A DNA stretch of 62,090 nucleotides from Candidatus Aenigmatarchaeota archaeon (GTDB lineage Archaea; Aenigmatarchaeota; Aenigmatarchaeia; GW2011-AR5; JAGGXF01): assembly GCA_021163205.1 (NCBI GenBank), contig JAGGXF010000014.1, positions 1 to 62,090 on the forward strand, given 5' to 3'. Positions 45,960 through 55,761 of the stretch are shown in pieces (the stretch's first letter is position 1; each line of letters begins with the position of its first letter). The position numbers and the translations under genes are program-made. Under the pieces are notes generated by a model. It was not told the origin of the DNA, ran no database searches, and worked only from the letters and a program-made list of their open reading frames with translations.

Positions 45960-46916
45960 TTACCTAATCTTTTTATGAGTAAGCCCAGCCATATCTTTTA
46001 TTCTATAGTAATCGTTTTTTATCATATAGAGTTTGAGTTCATCTAAAATTCGTCGAACATTATTATAACCGCCGTCGTTGTAAAAAACAGAAACCGCTTG
46101 GACGGCGTTAGCTCCTACGAAAAAATATTTTACAATGTCTTCTCCATGGCATATCCCACCCACCCCAACTATTGGAGTTATTGGAAGACTATCTCTAATG
46201 TTATAGACACATTTGAGTGATATCGGTAAAAGAGCATGACCAGAGAGACCTCCTGTCGTATTCGATAAAACAGGCTTTCCTCTTGAGTCACCATTTACAG
46301 TTACATCCATAGCAGGCATCGTGTTTGTTGCTGTGATAACGTCAGCGCCTGCTTTTACTGCACACTTCGCTATATATGATATGTTCAGAACAGATGGTGT
46401 TAACTTAACAAATATCGGCTTTCCAGTATTTTTTCTTACGACCTCGACAACCTCAGCAGTCAGATCTGGATCTTGACCAATCAGATAACACGCCTCTTTT
46501 TTAGTAGGATCGGAATGTGGACAAGATAAGTTAAGCTCAAAAAATTCAAATTTTTCGCTGTCAAGATATTCAACAATTGTTTCGAAGTCTCTTGGAGTAG
46601 AGCCAAAAATACTGACACCGAGAGGGACTCTATGTTCCCCTGCATTTTCATTATAAAAAGCTATTTCCCTTTTGATTTGTTTCATTCCGAGATTAGGCAA
46701 GCCCTCTGCATTCAACATATATCCATTTCCTTTATATATACATGGGGACTCATAGCCTTCTCTTGGCTCAATACTTATTGATTTTGTCACAACAAACCCA
46801 AATCCCTGTTTTGCAGCAAGAACAAGTTGTGAACCAGTATATCCCAAACGAGAAGAACCAAGACCAAGTGGATTTTTAAGAGTTATACCAGCTATTTCTG
46901 TTTCTAACTCTACCAC
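45960..46916 (-). CDS. Second dihydroorotate-dehydrogenase / dihydropyrimidine-dehydrogenase-family flavoprotein (class 1-like)
   Basis: Motifs VTKSIS, ELNLSCPH, GGLSGHALLPISL and GVGGI. It is a paralog of pyrD at 38227 and has no ferredoxin domains. Confidence 0.8.
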   Translation of the reverse strand: MVELETEIAGITLKNPLGLGSSRLGYTGSQLVLAAKQGFGFVVTKSISIEPREGYESPCIYKGNGYMLNAEGLPNLGMKQIKREIAFYNENAGEHRVPLGVSIFGSTPRDFETIVEYLDSEKFEFFELNLSCPHSDPTKKEACYLIGQDPDLTAEVVEVVRKNTGKPIFVKLTPSVLNISYIAKCAVKAGADVITATNTMPAMDVTVNGDSRGKPVLSNTTGGLSGHALLPISLKCVYNIRDSLPITPIVGVGGICHGEDIVKYFFVGANAVQAVSVFYNDGGYNNVRRILDELKLYMIKNDYYRIKDMAGLTHKKIR

Positions 46917-47025
46917 ATAAACACCTTTATCAAACTCGGGCCACGCTATGATTATAGTTAGTATAACAGAAAAAAACTTTTAAATCTAAAACAAATTCAG
47001 AATGTAATTTATGCGTAATGTCGAA

Positions 47026-49155
47026 TTACTTTTCCTTGTTTTTTTCTAACTTTTTTGCTTTTTTAGATTCCGCCTTACTTTTGGCTTGAACCTTTGCTAA
47101 GAGTTTGTCATCTCTCCAATCTTTTTTTGTGGGACAGTTTATATCGATACACATTCTAAACGGTCTTTTTCCCACTCTTCTTATCTGTATTATTGGAGAA
47201 CCACACTCCGGGCAAACCTTGCCTGTAGCTTCAATAATCCCCTCTTTCGGGAGTGGCTGACCATACTTACATTTAGGGTAATTAGAACAACCGACGAATC
47301 GTTTCTTAGTCCGCCATGATTTGTGGACCTTAAGTATTCCCCCACATTTTGGGCACTTACCAAGTATAGCCTGCTTTTCCTGCGTTTCTATTACAGATTT
47401 CGTGAGCTCTTTTCCTATTTTAGCCTCTTTTTCTTTAAATTTCTTCAGAATTTTCGTCAGAGTTTTTCTCGCTTCTTCCAAAACTTTTTCGCGCTTTTCT
47501 TTTCCAAGCTCTATTTTTTCTGTTTCTTTTTCAAAATATCTTGTCAGTTTTTCCGAGATAACTTCAGGGACATTCTTTTCTAAAATATCCGAAACGCTAA
47601 TTCCAAGATCAGTAACAGTAATACTTTTTCCTATCAAATAGTTTCTGTTATAAAGAGTCTGAAGAATCTGAGCGCGCGTTGCCTTGGTTCCGAGTCCTCT
47701 CTTCTCCATCTCCTTCAAAACCGATCCCTGAGAAAACCGTTGCGGTGGTTGAGTCTCTTTCTCAAGCTGTTCAATCTTTTTAATATTCAACTCATCTCCC
47801 TTTTTAATGTCAGGAAGAATTATCTCATCTCTTTTCGAATAGCGCCCATACAAGGCAGTCCACCCCGGCTCTATCGTTTTCTTTCCTTTCAAGAAGAATT
47901 TTTCTCCGCCAGAATCTAGGACCACTTTTATAGACTCTCTTTTAGCAGGATCTCCAAAAACAGCTAAAAATCTTCTAACAACCAAATCATAAACAGCCTT
48001 TTGTTTGTTTCCAAGTCTTTTTGGTTTTTCTCCTGTTGGAAATATCGCCGGATGTGCTGGATCGTTTCTCTTTCCTTCTGTTGGCTTCAGATCTTTTTTC
48101 TCTAAAAGACTTTTAACATCCTTCTCATAATTTTTTTGCTTGGCCAATTTTGATAAAATCTTTTTATATCCAATAGATGCTGGTAATTTTTCTGAAGCAG
48201 TTCTTGGATAAGAAATCAGACCAGCCTGATATAAAGACTCTGCAATGTTCAAAGCTTGTTGAGGCGAGTAACCAAAGTATCTATAAACATCTGAAAGAAA
48301 CGAAGTTGTGTTGTACGGCTTTGGTGGTTTTTGTGTTTGTACCCGCTTTTCAATCTTTTTTACAACAGCTTTTTTCTTTTTGGCTTTTTTCATTACGCTT
48401 TCTGCTTTCGCTTTGTCCCAAATTTTATCTTTCTCGTATTCAGCATCAAAAATCTTTTTTCCTATTTCAACCTTCAATAAAATTTGCCAGAATGGTTTTG
48501 GTTTAAATGCTTTTATTTTCTTTTCGTGTTGAACCAGCATATGAAGAACTGGACCCTGAACACGACCAGTTGAGAGTATCTTAAATCTCTGAGAAGCGTT
48601 TTTGATCGCGAGAGTAAGAGCGCGCGTAAGATTAATACCCCAGTACCAATCAAGATAATGTCTAGTCAATCCAGACTCTATAAGATTTTTGTCTAAAGTC
48701 TTGGAAGCATTTATAAAAGCCTTGACAAGATCCTCTTTGGTCATTGTAGAAAACTTCATTCTTTTTGCATTGTTCCTTTTACAAATAAACCGAATTATGT
48801 TAAAACCAATGACAGCTCCCTCAGTATCGTAATCTGTTGCCACGATAAAGTCATCTGCATCCTTTGCAAGCTTTACTATGTTCTCGAAATATTTTCTCGA
48901 AAATTCTGAAGACTTTCTTGCCTCAAAGCTTGGAATCCAGTGGACATCAAACCTTGGATAAGTCCAGCCTTTTTCTTTCTGTTTCAATGAAAACAGGTGG
49001 CCAACAGCAGGAACAACAACAAAAGGTTTTTTGTCTCTTTCAAATTCAAACCACACCACATTTCGTTCCCCGTGCTTGATCGGCTTTTTGTCTGCTAAAG
49101 ATTCTGCTATCTTTTGAGCTGCGCTTGGCTTTTCTGCTATAATTAATGTATACAC
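47026..49155 (-). CDS. topA: Type IA DNA topoisomerase (TopA/Topo III-like) with C-terminal zinc ribbons
   Basis: Toprim motifs LIIAEKPS and ATDYDTEG, active-site region SYPRTAS, and CPKCGG.../CPECGS zinc fingers. Confidence 0.92.
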   Translation of the reverse strand: MYTLIIAEKPSAAQKIAESLADKKPIKHGERNVVWFEFERDKKPFVVVPAVGHLFSLKQKEKGWTYPRFDVHWIPSFEARKSSEFSRKYFENIVKLAKDADDFIVATDYDTEGAVIGFNIIRFICKRNNAKRMKFSTMTKEDLVKAFINASKTLDKNLIESGLTRHYLDWYWGINLTRALTLAIKNASQRFKILSTGRVQGPVLHMLVQHEKKIKAFKPKPFWQILLKVEIGKKIFDAEYEKDKIWDKAKAESVMKKAKKKKAVVKKIEKRVQTQKPPKPYNTTSFLSDVYRYFGYSPQQALNIAESLYQAGLISYPRTASEKLPASIGYKKILSKLAKQKNYEKDVKSLLEKKDLKPTEGKRNDPAHPAIFPTGEKPKRLGNKQKAVYDLVVRRFLAVFGDPAKRESIKVVLDSGGEKFFLKGKKTIEPGWTALYGRYSKRDEIILPDIKKGDELNIKKIEQLEKETQPPQRFSQGSVLKEMEKRGLGTKATRAQILQTLYNRNYLIGKSITVTDLGISVSDILEKNVPEVISEKLTRYFEKETEKIELGKEKREKVLEEARKTLTKILKKFKEKEAKIGKELTKSVIETQEKQAILGKCPKCGGILKVHKSWRTKKRFVGCSNYPKCKYGQPLPKEGIIEATGKVCPECGSPIIQIRRVGKRPFRMCIDINCPTKKDWRDDKLLAKVQAKSKAESKKAKKLEKNKEK

Positions 49156-49254
49156 AAAAACACCACCCGTTAACCAAATTTTTGTAATTAAATAATTTCA
49201 TTATAATATAGGAGAACTATTTAAAACTTTTTCGCCACTCATCAGTTTTTATCA

Positions 49255-50538
49255 TCAAGAGTTTTCTTCTAGAACTTTAAATCCTGTATAAGGCCACAGC
49301 ACTTTAGGAATTTTTACTGTTCCATCGGCCTGTTGGAATTGCTCTATAATCGCTATCATTGTTCTGCTGGTTGCAAGAGCCGTGTTGTTCAGTGTATGAA
49401 CAAAACCAGCAGGCTTCTGGCCTGGTTTATTTCTGTATTTTATATTCAACCTTCTTGCCTGGTAGTCCGTACAGTTGGAGTTAGAACCAAGCTCCCTAAA
49501 AGTGTCGTCAGCCATCCACATTTCTATGTCATATTTTTTTGCTGCGATCGTTCCGATATCTCCGGTGCACACATTCACAACCCTATAATGTAGACCGAGA
49601 GTATTATATATCTCTTCTGCATTCCTTTGAATCTCTTCATGAAAATTCCAAGAATCTTCGGGCAAACAAAATACAAACTGCTCGACCTTGTTAAAATGGT
49701 GCATCCTGTAAAGCCCTTTGGTGTACTTGCCGTGGGCACCAACTTCTCTCCTAAAGCATGGACTAACACCCGTGAGTTTTATTGGCAGCCTATCTTTATC
49801 TATGATCTCATCCATAAACATTGCTGCCATCGGGTGTTCACTTGTTGCTATAAGATACAAATCACTTCCTTCTATTTTATACATAACTTCTTCGAAATCA
49901 CCCAAGTCTGTCACACCTTCGTAGGGTTTCCTTCTTAGCATAAATGGGGGCTCTATAACAACGAATCCCTTCTTTCTCATGAAATCGAGTGCATATCTTA
50001 GAAGTGCATAATCAAGAATAGCGAGCTCATTTTTTAGATAGAAAAAACCGCGTCCAGCCACCTCGGCCGATTTCTCAGTTTCTATTAGTCCAAGATTGAC
50101 CAAAATGTCCAGATGATTTTTCGGTTTAAAATCAAACTCGGGTTTTTTTCCACACACCTTTACAACAACATTGTCATGTTCATCTCTTCCTATTGGCACA
50201 GACTCATGAAGTATATTAGGTAATCGCATTAATATGAAACGAATTTTTTCATCGAGCTTTTTAATTTCCTTGTCTATTGTTTTAATCTGTTCTGGTATTT
50301 TTTTCATTTCTTCTTTTTTCTTTTCAATGTCTTTTCCTTCTTCTTTGAGTTTGGCTATCTCTTTGGTGATAGTATTTCTCTTGTGTTTCAGTTCATCTAC
50401 CTTCTTAATTAATTCTCTTCTCTTTCTGTCATAATCAAGTAAGTTATCTACCCATTTGATTTTTTCTTCATCTCTCCTTTTTTTCAAATCGTTCTTTACT
50501 ATTTCTGGGTTTTCTCTTATCATTTTTATGTCAAGCAT
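49255..50538 (-). CDS. serS: Seryl-tRNA synthetase
   Basis: MLDIKMIRENPE start 7 nt after GAGGTG, an N-terminal coiled coil, and class II motifs (FRRE, GSNSNCTDYQARR). The ORF track extends to a TTG at 50556. Confidence 0.94.
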   Translation of the reverse strand: MLDIKMIRENPEIVKNDLKKRRDEEKIKWVDNLLDYDRKRRELIKKVDELKHKRNTITKEIAKLKEEGKDIEKKKEEMKKIPEQIKTIDKEIKKLDEKIRFILMRLPNILHESVPIGRDEHDNVVVKVCGKKPEFDFKPKNHLDILVNLGLIETEKSAEVAGRGFFYLKNELAILDYALLRYALDFMRKKGFVVIEPPFMLRRKPYEGVTDLGDFEEVMYKIEGSDLYLIATSEHPMAAMFMDEIIDKDRLPIKLTGVSPCFRREVGAHGKYTKGLYRMHHFNKVEQFVFCLPEDSWNFHEEIQRNAEEIYNTLGLHYRVVNVCTGDIGTIAAKKYDIEMWMADDTFRELGSNSNCTDYQARRLNIKYRNKPGQKPAGFVHTLNNTALATSRTMIAIIEQFQQADGTVKIPKVLWPYTGFKVLEENS

Positions 50539-50650
50539 TAAAACACCTCTAGTCAACTTGTCTGATATCCAAATGTTGTTATAAAATTGTCCATTAGCCT
50601 AGTTATTCTCTATTATTAAAAATTTAAAAATGTCTTTTTAGTGTATAACC

Positions 50651-50974
50651 ATGAAGAGAGATATCAGTAAGGGAAAGCTTATTTACAAGCTTTTACAAAA
50701 AGTCCCAAAAGGTAAGGCAATAAGCTACGGGGAGCTTGCGCGCATAGGAAAAACATCTGCGAGGGCTGTGGGCATGTTCATGAAAACCAATAGAGACATG
50801 AAAAAGGTCCCGTGTTATAAAGTTGTGCGAAGCGATGGGAAAATTGGTGGTTACTCCGGGCCTGGTGGAGTTAAGAAAAAGATGGAACTGTTGAAAAAGG
50901 ATGGAATAAAAATAGAAATAAAAAAAGGCACTCCTTACATAAGAAAAAAATATATCTACAAGTTCAACAAATAA
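50651..50974 (+). CDS. MGMT/Ogt-family DNA-binding domain protein (C-terminal domain only) with a variant active-site motif PCYK
   Basis: Motifs VPKGKAISYGELA and ARAVGMFMKTN, and VPCYKVVRSDGKIGGY where PCHRV is expected. Confidence 0.8.
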   Translation: MKRDISKGKLIYKLLQKVPKGKAISYGELARIGKTSARAVGMFMKTNRDMKKVPCYKVVRSDGKIGGYSGPGGVKKKMELLKKDGIKIEIKKGTPYIRKKYIYKFNK

Positions 50975-50998
50975 TTTGATTATACTCTCACTCATATA

Positions 50999-52087
50999 TC
51001 AGCGTGTTATTCGCTGGGTTTTCACAAATTCATAAAGTTCTCTTGCTTTTTCATTTTTTTCGAAATGTTCTCTGACTGGCTTTATTAAAAGATTTATGTA
51101 TTTTGCCACCGCGTTCTTAAGGTCCAAAGGATGTATGTCTCCTTGAAGATATGCTTTTTCAAGTTCGCCATAACTGGAAAATTCGACATCCCCGCCGAAC
51201 TTTGCAGGCCTCTCCAATTTCATTGTTTTGAATGATCTGAAAATGAGATATTTTGCATACTCCATAACAGGATTGTCTCTAGTGATTTTTTCCGGACAGT
51301 ATGCCTTTCTTATCTTTTCTTTTATTTCTTCTTCAGTATCATGAACAAATATGGCTGTAGAAACCTTACTCTTACTCATTTTTGAGCTGATCTCCTTGTC
51401 AAAGTTTTTATTCTCATCAAATCCCTCGGGCTCTTTAATTCCCTGTAATCCCATTAGCATATGATGACTTACAACAACAGGTTTCCACCAACCAAGTTTT
51501 GGACCGATTTCCCTTGCAAGAATATTAACCCTCCTCTGATCAAGACCAAGCTGACATATATCTGCTTCTAGTTGAAAGATGTCAGCACATTGCATCATAG
51601 GATAGATGTATTGAGCAACGTCTTTCAGCTCGCCTTCTTTTCTTCCCATAATGGAAAGACATCGCGTTGCCCGCTTTAGTGTCGTGCTTTTTCCAATAAG
51701 AACGACTTTTTTCCAGTACTCGCTTGAATTTACCAAATCACTTGCCCAAACAATATCTATCTTTTTTATATCCACACCGGCTGCTTTCCAAACTTCTACA
51801 AAATATTTTCCAACTCGTTGGATTCTCTCAAGGTCTCCGCCCATTTTGTTATTTATCCATGCATGCCAATCTGCAATCAAGAGTTTGAAATGTATCCCTG
51901 CTTCTAGGAGATCTTTCAGATTCATTGCCCTATAAATACCAAAAGGCAGGTGAGCCATACCAGACGGTTCGAATCCATCATACGCTATCGGGTGTTTTTT
52001 TTCTCCTAATAATTCAAGTAGCTCTTCTTCTGTAACGATCTCCTCAGCTACCCCTTTTATTAATCTGAGCTTTCTATCCAAATTCAT
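50999..52087 (-). CDS. tyrS: Tyrosyl-tRNA synthetase (archaeal type)
   Basis: AYDGFEPSGMAHL (HIGH-region variant), LIADWHAW and KMSKSK. Confidence 0.85.
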   Translation of the reverse strand: MNLDRKLRLIKGVAEEIVTEEELLELLGEKKHPIAYDGFEPSGMAHLPFGIYRAMNLKDLLEAGIHFKLLIADWHAWINNKMGGDLERIQRVGKYFVEVWKAAGVDIKKIDIVWASDLVNSSEYWKKVVLIGKSTTLKRATRCLSIMGRKEGELKDVAQYIYPMMQCADIFQLEADICQLGLDQRRVNILAREIGPKLGWWKPVVVSHHMLMGLQGIKEPEGFDENKNFDKEISSKMSKSKVSTAIFVHDTEEEIKEKIRKAYCPEKITRDNPVMEYAKYLIFRSFKTMKLERPAKFGGDVEFSSYGELEKAYLQGDIHPLDLKNAVAKYINLLIKPVREHFEKNEKARELYEFVKTQRITR

Positions 52088-52146
52088 GAAATCACTATAA
52101 TTTCCTATGAATAGATATGGTATTAAAATTTAAAATCAATCACTAT

Positions 52147-52162
52147 GACTTATATATAAGTC
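52147..52162. promoter_or_regulatory. Perfect 16-bp palindrome GACTTATATATAAGTC in the tyrS / beta-CASP divergent region
   Basis: Read directly. It is centred on TATATATA and could serve as a bidirectional TATA element or an operator. Confidence 0.35.
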
Positions 52163-52197
52163 TAAATAAAAAATAAATAAGATATAACAAGAAGGTG

Positions 52198-53463
52198 ATG
52201 AAAATAAAAGCAACTTTCCTTGGTGGTGCCGGAGAAGTAGGTAAATCTAGCATCATGATAAGTGATAATAAAATTAATATCATGCTTGATTATGGCGTAA
52301 AGCTGCAAGAAGAACCCGTTGAATATCCTATACTACCAAGAGAAAAGATAGATGTTGTTATTCCGTCGCACGCACATTTGGATCATTCTGGAGCAGTTCC
52401 AATACTCTTTAAAAGGGGAGAACCAAAAGTTATTGCTACTGACTTGACCCTAGAACTGAGCTATCTACTTCTTAATGACTCACTAAAGATCTCAAAAAAA
52501 AGAAGAGAGCGATTACCATTTTCAAAAAGGGACCTAAAGAGCATGATGAGAAATTCGACACCGATTAGGTATCGAACACCGAAAAAAATAGGTGGTATAA
52601 AAATTGAGCTTTTTGATGCTGGACACATCCCTGGAAGCGCCTCAATACTCATGTCTAAGGAGAAAAAGATTTTTTACACCGGAGATATAAAAATGAAAGA
52701 CTCGAGACTTTTGAACGGGTGTTCGCTACCAGACAAAACAGATGTTCTTATCATAGAAAGTACTTATGGTGATAAAAAACAGCCGAAAAGAGAGGACGAA
52801 GAAAAAAAATTAAAGAGATATGTAAGAGAGGCGTTGACAAATAACGATATCGCACTAATCCCCACGTTTGCTGTGGGACGCGCGCAAGAAATTTTGCTGG
52901 TCTTGGAAGAATTTGCGGACTTTATAGCAATAGATGGTATGGCCAAGCAGGCAACAGAGATTATTTACTATTATAAAAGGTACATTAAAAACTCTGAAAA
53001 ACTGAAAAAAATTATGAAAAGAATAACTTGGATAAGAAACATGAGACAAAGAAAGAATATAATTAGAAAAGGTGGTATAGTTCTCACGACAGCAGGAATG
53101 CTCGGTGGCGGTCCAATCATTTTTTATCTTCAGGAGCTTCACGACAATCCGAAAACAAAAATATTGTTTAGTGGGTTTCTTGTTGAAGACACGCCGGGTT
53201 ACAATCTTCTCAAGACGGGTGTATATTCTAATGAAGAAATGGTTGGAGAAAAAAACAACTTCAAGGTTAAGTGTGAAATGCATAGACTTGATTTCTCCGC
53301 TCATGCTGACCGAGAGGAATTGTTGAACATCATCAAAAAACTTTCTCCGAAAAAAGTCATATGTGTACACGGAGATAACCCAAAGAAATTTGCCAAAGAT
53401 GTTGAAGAAATTTTCAATATAGATGCTTTTGCCCCTAAAATAGGAGAAGAAATTGTTCTTTGA
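52198..53463 (+). CDS. Beta-CASP family metallo-beta-lactamase RNase (aCPSF2-like, no KH domains)
   Basis: Motifs PSHAHLDHSGA and DAGHIPGSA, a beta-CASP region, and C-terminal SAHAD / VHGD. Confidence 0.87.
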   Translation: MKIKATFLGGAGEVGKSSIMISDNKINIMLDYGVKLQEEPVEYPILPREKIDVVIPSHAHLDHSGAVPILFKRGEPKVIATDLTLELSYLLLNDSLKISKKRRERLPFSKRDLKSMMRNSTPIRYRTPKKIGGIKIELFDAGHIPGSASILMSKEKKIFYTGDIKMKDSRLLNGCSLPDKTDVLIIESTYGDKKQPKREDEEKKLKRYVREALTNNDIALIPTFAVGRAQEILLVLEEFADFIAIDGMAKQATEIIYYYKRYIKNSEKLKKIMKRITWIRNMRQRKNIIRKGGIVLTTAGMLGGGPIIFYLQELHDNPKTKILFSGFLVEDTPGYNLLKTGVYSNEEMVGEKNNFKVKCEMHRLDFSAHADREELLNIIKKLSPKKVICVHGDNPKKFAKDVEEIFNIDAFAPKIGEEIVL

Positions 53464-53486
53464 ACTCTTTAGCTGGGGGTGAACTT

Positions 53487-54545
53487 GTGGTTGATGATAT
53501 GTTAGAGATAGATGGCTCTTATCTTGAAGGTGGTGGTCAGATAGTAAGAACGTCTTTAGCGCTATCATCTATAACAGGAAAAGCGTGTAAGATAATAAAC
53601 ATAAGGAAAGGAAGACCGGTGCCGGGACTGAAAACACAACATCTTCAGGCAGTAAAGGCTGTTGCCGCCCTTTGTGAAGCTAACGTTATGGGTGCTGAAT
53701 TAAAATCGACTATTCTCGCTTTCAAACCAAGAAAAATAAATATTGAAAATATAAGAATAGATATACCAACAGCAGGTTCTGTTGGGCTTGTGTTGCAAGC
53801 TCTTATGATACCTGCGGCACATGCAAAAAAAATCGTGAACATAGAAATCAACGGCGGGGCAACAACAGGAAAGTGGGCAGTCCCAGTAAATTATATAAAA
53901 TATGTTCTATTACCGATTCTAGAAAAGATTGGATATCAAGCAGAACTTGAAATTATCAAATATGGCTACTATCCAAAAGGTGGAGCAAAAGTTAAGATGA
54001 AGGTCTTTCCAGTAAAAAAGTTCTTACCTGTCTCTATCTTAGAGCAAGGAAAAGTAAAGGCTTTGCGTGGCATTTCTCACGCTTCTCAAGAATTAAAAGT
54101 GGCCCGCGTAGCAGAAAGACAGGCAAGAGCCGCAAAAAGTGCTATGGTAGATGTCTTAAAAGAAATTGGAAACGGAGAAATAAAGACCACGTATGTTGAG
54201 ACAAACTCTACTGGTTCTGGAATAGACCTCTGGATAGAAACAAAAAATTCTGTTGTTGGAGCGAATGGACTTGGGGAACTGAAAAAAAGAGCGGAAATTG
54301 TAGGAGAAGAGGCTGGAAAAAAATTATTGAAAGAATATAAATCTGGTGCTCCCATAGACTCCCATATGGCTGATCAGATCATACCTTATCTAGGTCTTGC
54401 TTCTATGGAGAAAAAATGCGAGATAAGGGTCTCAGAAATAACAAACCACACCAAAACAAATATTTGGGTCACAGAAAAATTTCTGCCTGTTAGATTCGAA
54501 ATAAATAAAAAGAAAAAAATAATAAAATGCAAAGCAATAGACTAA
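53487..54545 (+). CDS. rtcA: RNA 3'-terminal phosphate cyclase
   Basis: IDGSYLEGGGQIVRTSLALSSITGK, plus a His-containing DSHMADQIIPY. Candidate starts are TTG 53460 (overlaps the upstream stop), GTG 53487 (after GGGGGTGA) and ATG 53499. Confidence 0.9.
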   Translation: MVDDMLEIDGSYLEGGGQIVRTSLALSSITGKACKIINIRKGRPVPGLKTQHLQAVKAVAALCEANVMGAELKSTILAFKPRKINIENIRIDIPTAGSVGLVLQALMIPAAHAKKIVNIEINGGATTGKWAVPVNYIKYVLLPILEKIGYQAELEIIKYGYYPKGGAKVKMKVFPVKKFLPVSILEQGKVKALRGISHASQELKVARVAERQARAAKSAMVDVLKEIGNGEIKTTYVETNSTGSGIDLWIETKNSVVGANGLGELKKRAEIVGEEAGKKLLKEYKSGAPIDSHMADQIIPYLGLASMEKKCEIRVSEITNHTKTNIWVTEKFLPVRFEINKKKKIIKCKAID

Positions 54546-55000
54546 TCTATTTTCAATTGTCTTGCTTTTTTCTTTGGGATTGCTCTGGGTAATTTTATCT
54601 CTAGAATACCATTCTTCATTTTAGCTGTTGCTTTCTCTGGTATAATTTTTTCAGGTAAAGAAAACTTTCTGTCAACTCTTGAAGAACTGGACTCGAAGAA
54701 TCCTTCTTCGTGCTTTTTACTTTTTTTCTCTGCAGTTATGTGAACACTATCTTCTGTCACTTCTATATTTACATCCTCCTTACTGAATCCGGGCAACTCT
54801 GCAACTACTATTATTTCATCGTCTGTTTTTCCGAATCGGATTCCTTTGAAGAACTTTGGAACAGAGAACTGGAACGTGAATGGTTCTGAAAAATCAAAAA
54901 AGCTACGCATTCTTTTGTCTATTTCTCTCTGAAAACTCCGCATATCTTCTAGTGGTTCTTCCCAGAAAAATGTGAAATCTCGTTTCTTTTTCTTTGCCAT
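54542..55000 (-). CDS. Hsp20 / alpha-crystallin small heat-shock protein
   Basis: Motifs VVAELPGFSKEDVNIEV, FSLPEKI and NGILEIKLPR. Confidence 0.9.
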   Translation of the reverse strand: MAKKKKRDFTFFWEEPLEDMRSFQREIDKRMRSFFDFSEPFTFQFSVPKFFKGIRFGKTDDEIIVVAELPGFSKEDVNIEVTEDSVHITAEKKSKKHEEGFFESSSSRVDRKFSLPEKIIPEKATAKMKNGILEIKLPRAIPKKKARQLKID

Positions 55001-55042
55001 TTTCTCACCCCCGGTATATATATAAATATGAACTGACTTGAA

Positions 55043-55681
55043 TTAAGCTGTTGCTAAAATTTGTTTTATCAAAAAACCTGCCCCAACTGTTTTTGGCATA
55101 CCGTGCCCTGGCAAAAGACAATCAACTCGTAGTTTGGCAAGCTTTTCTATGGAGTTTATGAGATCTCTTTTACTCCCGCCGGGATAATCTGTCCTGCCTA
55201 TTCCGTCAGTAAAAATAGTATCTCCTGATATTAAAATTCTTTTTTTCTTTTCGTATAGACATATGGAACCCGGTGTGTGCCCGGGGGTGGGAATAACCTC
55301 AAAAGAAAAATTCTTGGTTTTTATAATATCTTTCTTGTCCAGTTCTATATCTGCCGTTATGGCCCTCGCTTTCTCATCAAAAAGTTCAGCCAAGGTGTTT
55401 TTTCCCGTTTCTAAACTTCTTTTATCCTTTTTATGTATGGCTATTTTTGCTTTCAACCAGTCTCTGAACTTCTTGTCTCCTCCCGTGTGATCAAAATGAC
55501 AATGGGTATTGACGATCAGTTTGAACTTCTTTGGTTTAAGCCCGAGCTTCAACATCTCTTCCTTGGTTTCTTTAAAAAAAGCTCCTGTTCCAGTATCAAC
55601 TATAACTTCTCCATCTATTATATAAATATTAGAATCAAATCCCACCCCATCCAACAAATAGATGCCTTTGTACACTTGCAT
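55043..55681 (-). CDS. Metallo-beta-lactamase-fold hydrolase (glyoxalase II-like)
   Basis: Motifs THCHFDHTGG, TPGHTPGS, SGDTIF and PGHG. Confidence 0.85.
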   Translation of the reverse strand: MQVYKGIYLLDGVGFDSNIYIIDGEVIVDTGTGAFFKETKEEMLKLGLKPKKFKLIVNTHCHFDHTGGDKKFRDWLKAKIAIHKKDKRSLETGKNTLAELFDEKARAITADIELDKKDIIKTKNFSFEVIPTPGHTPGSICLYEKKKRILISGDTIFTDGIGRTDYPGGSKRDLINSIEKLAKLRVDCLLPGHGMPKTVGAGFLIKQILATA

Positions 55682-55761
55682 TTTAACCTATTGTTAATTT
55701 ATTACAAATTTTAAAAAGCTTAATGAGAAATAATTATTAGTAGAATTAGATTGAACGTTGA

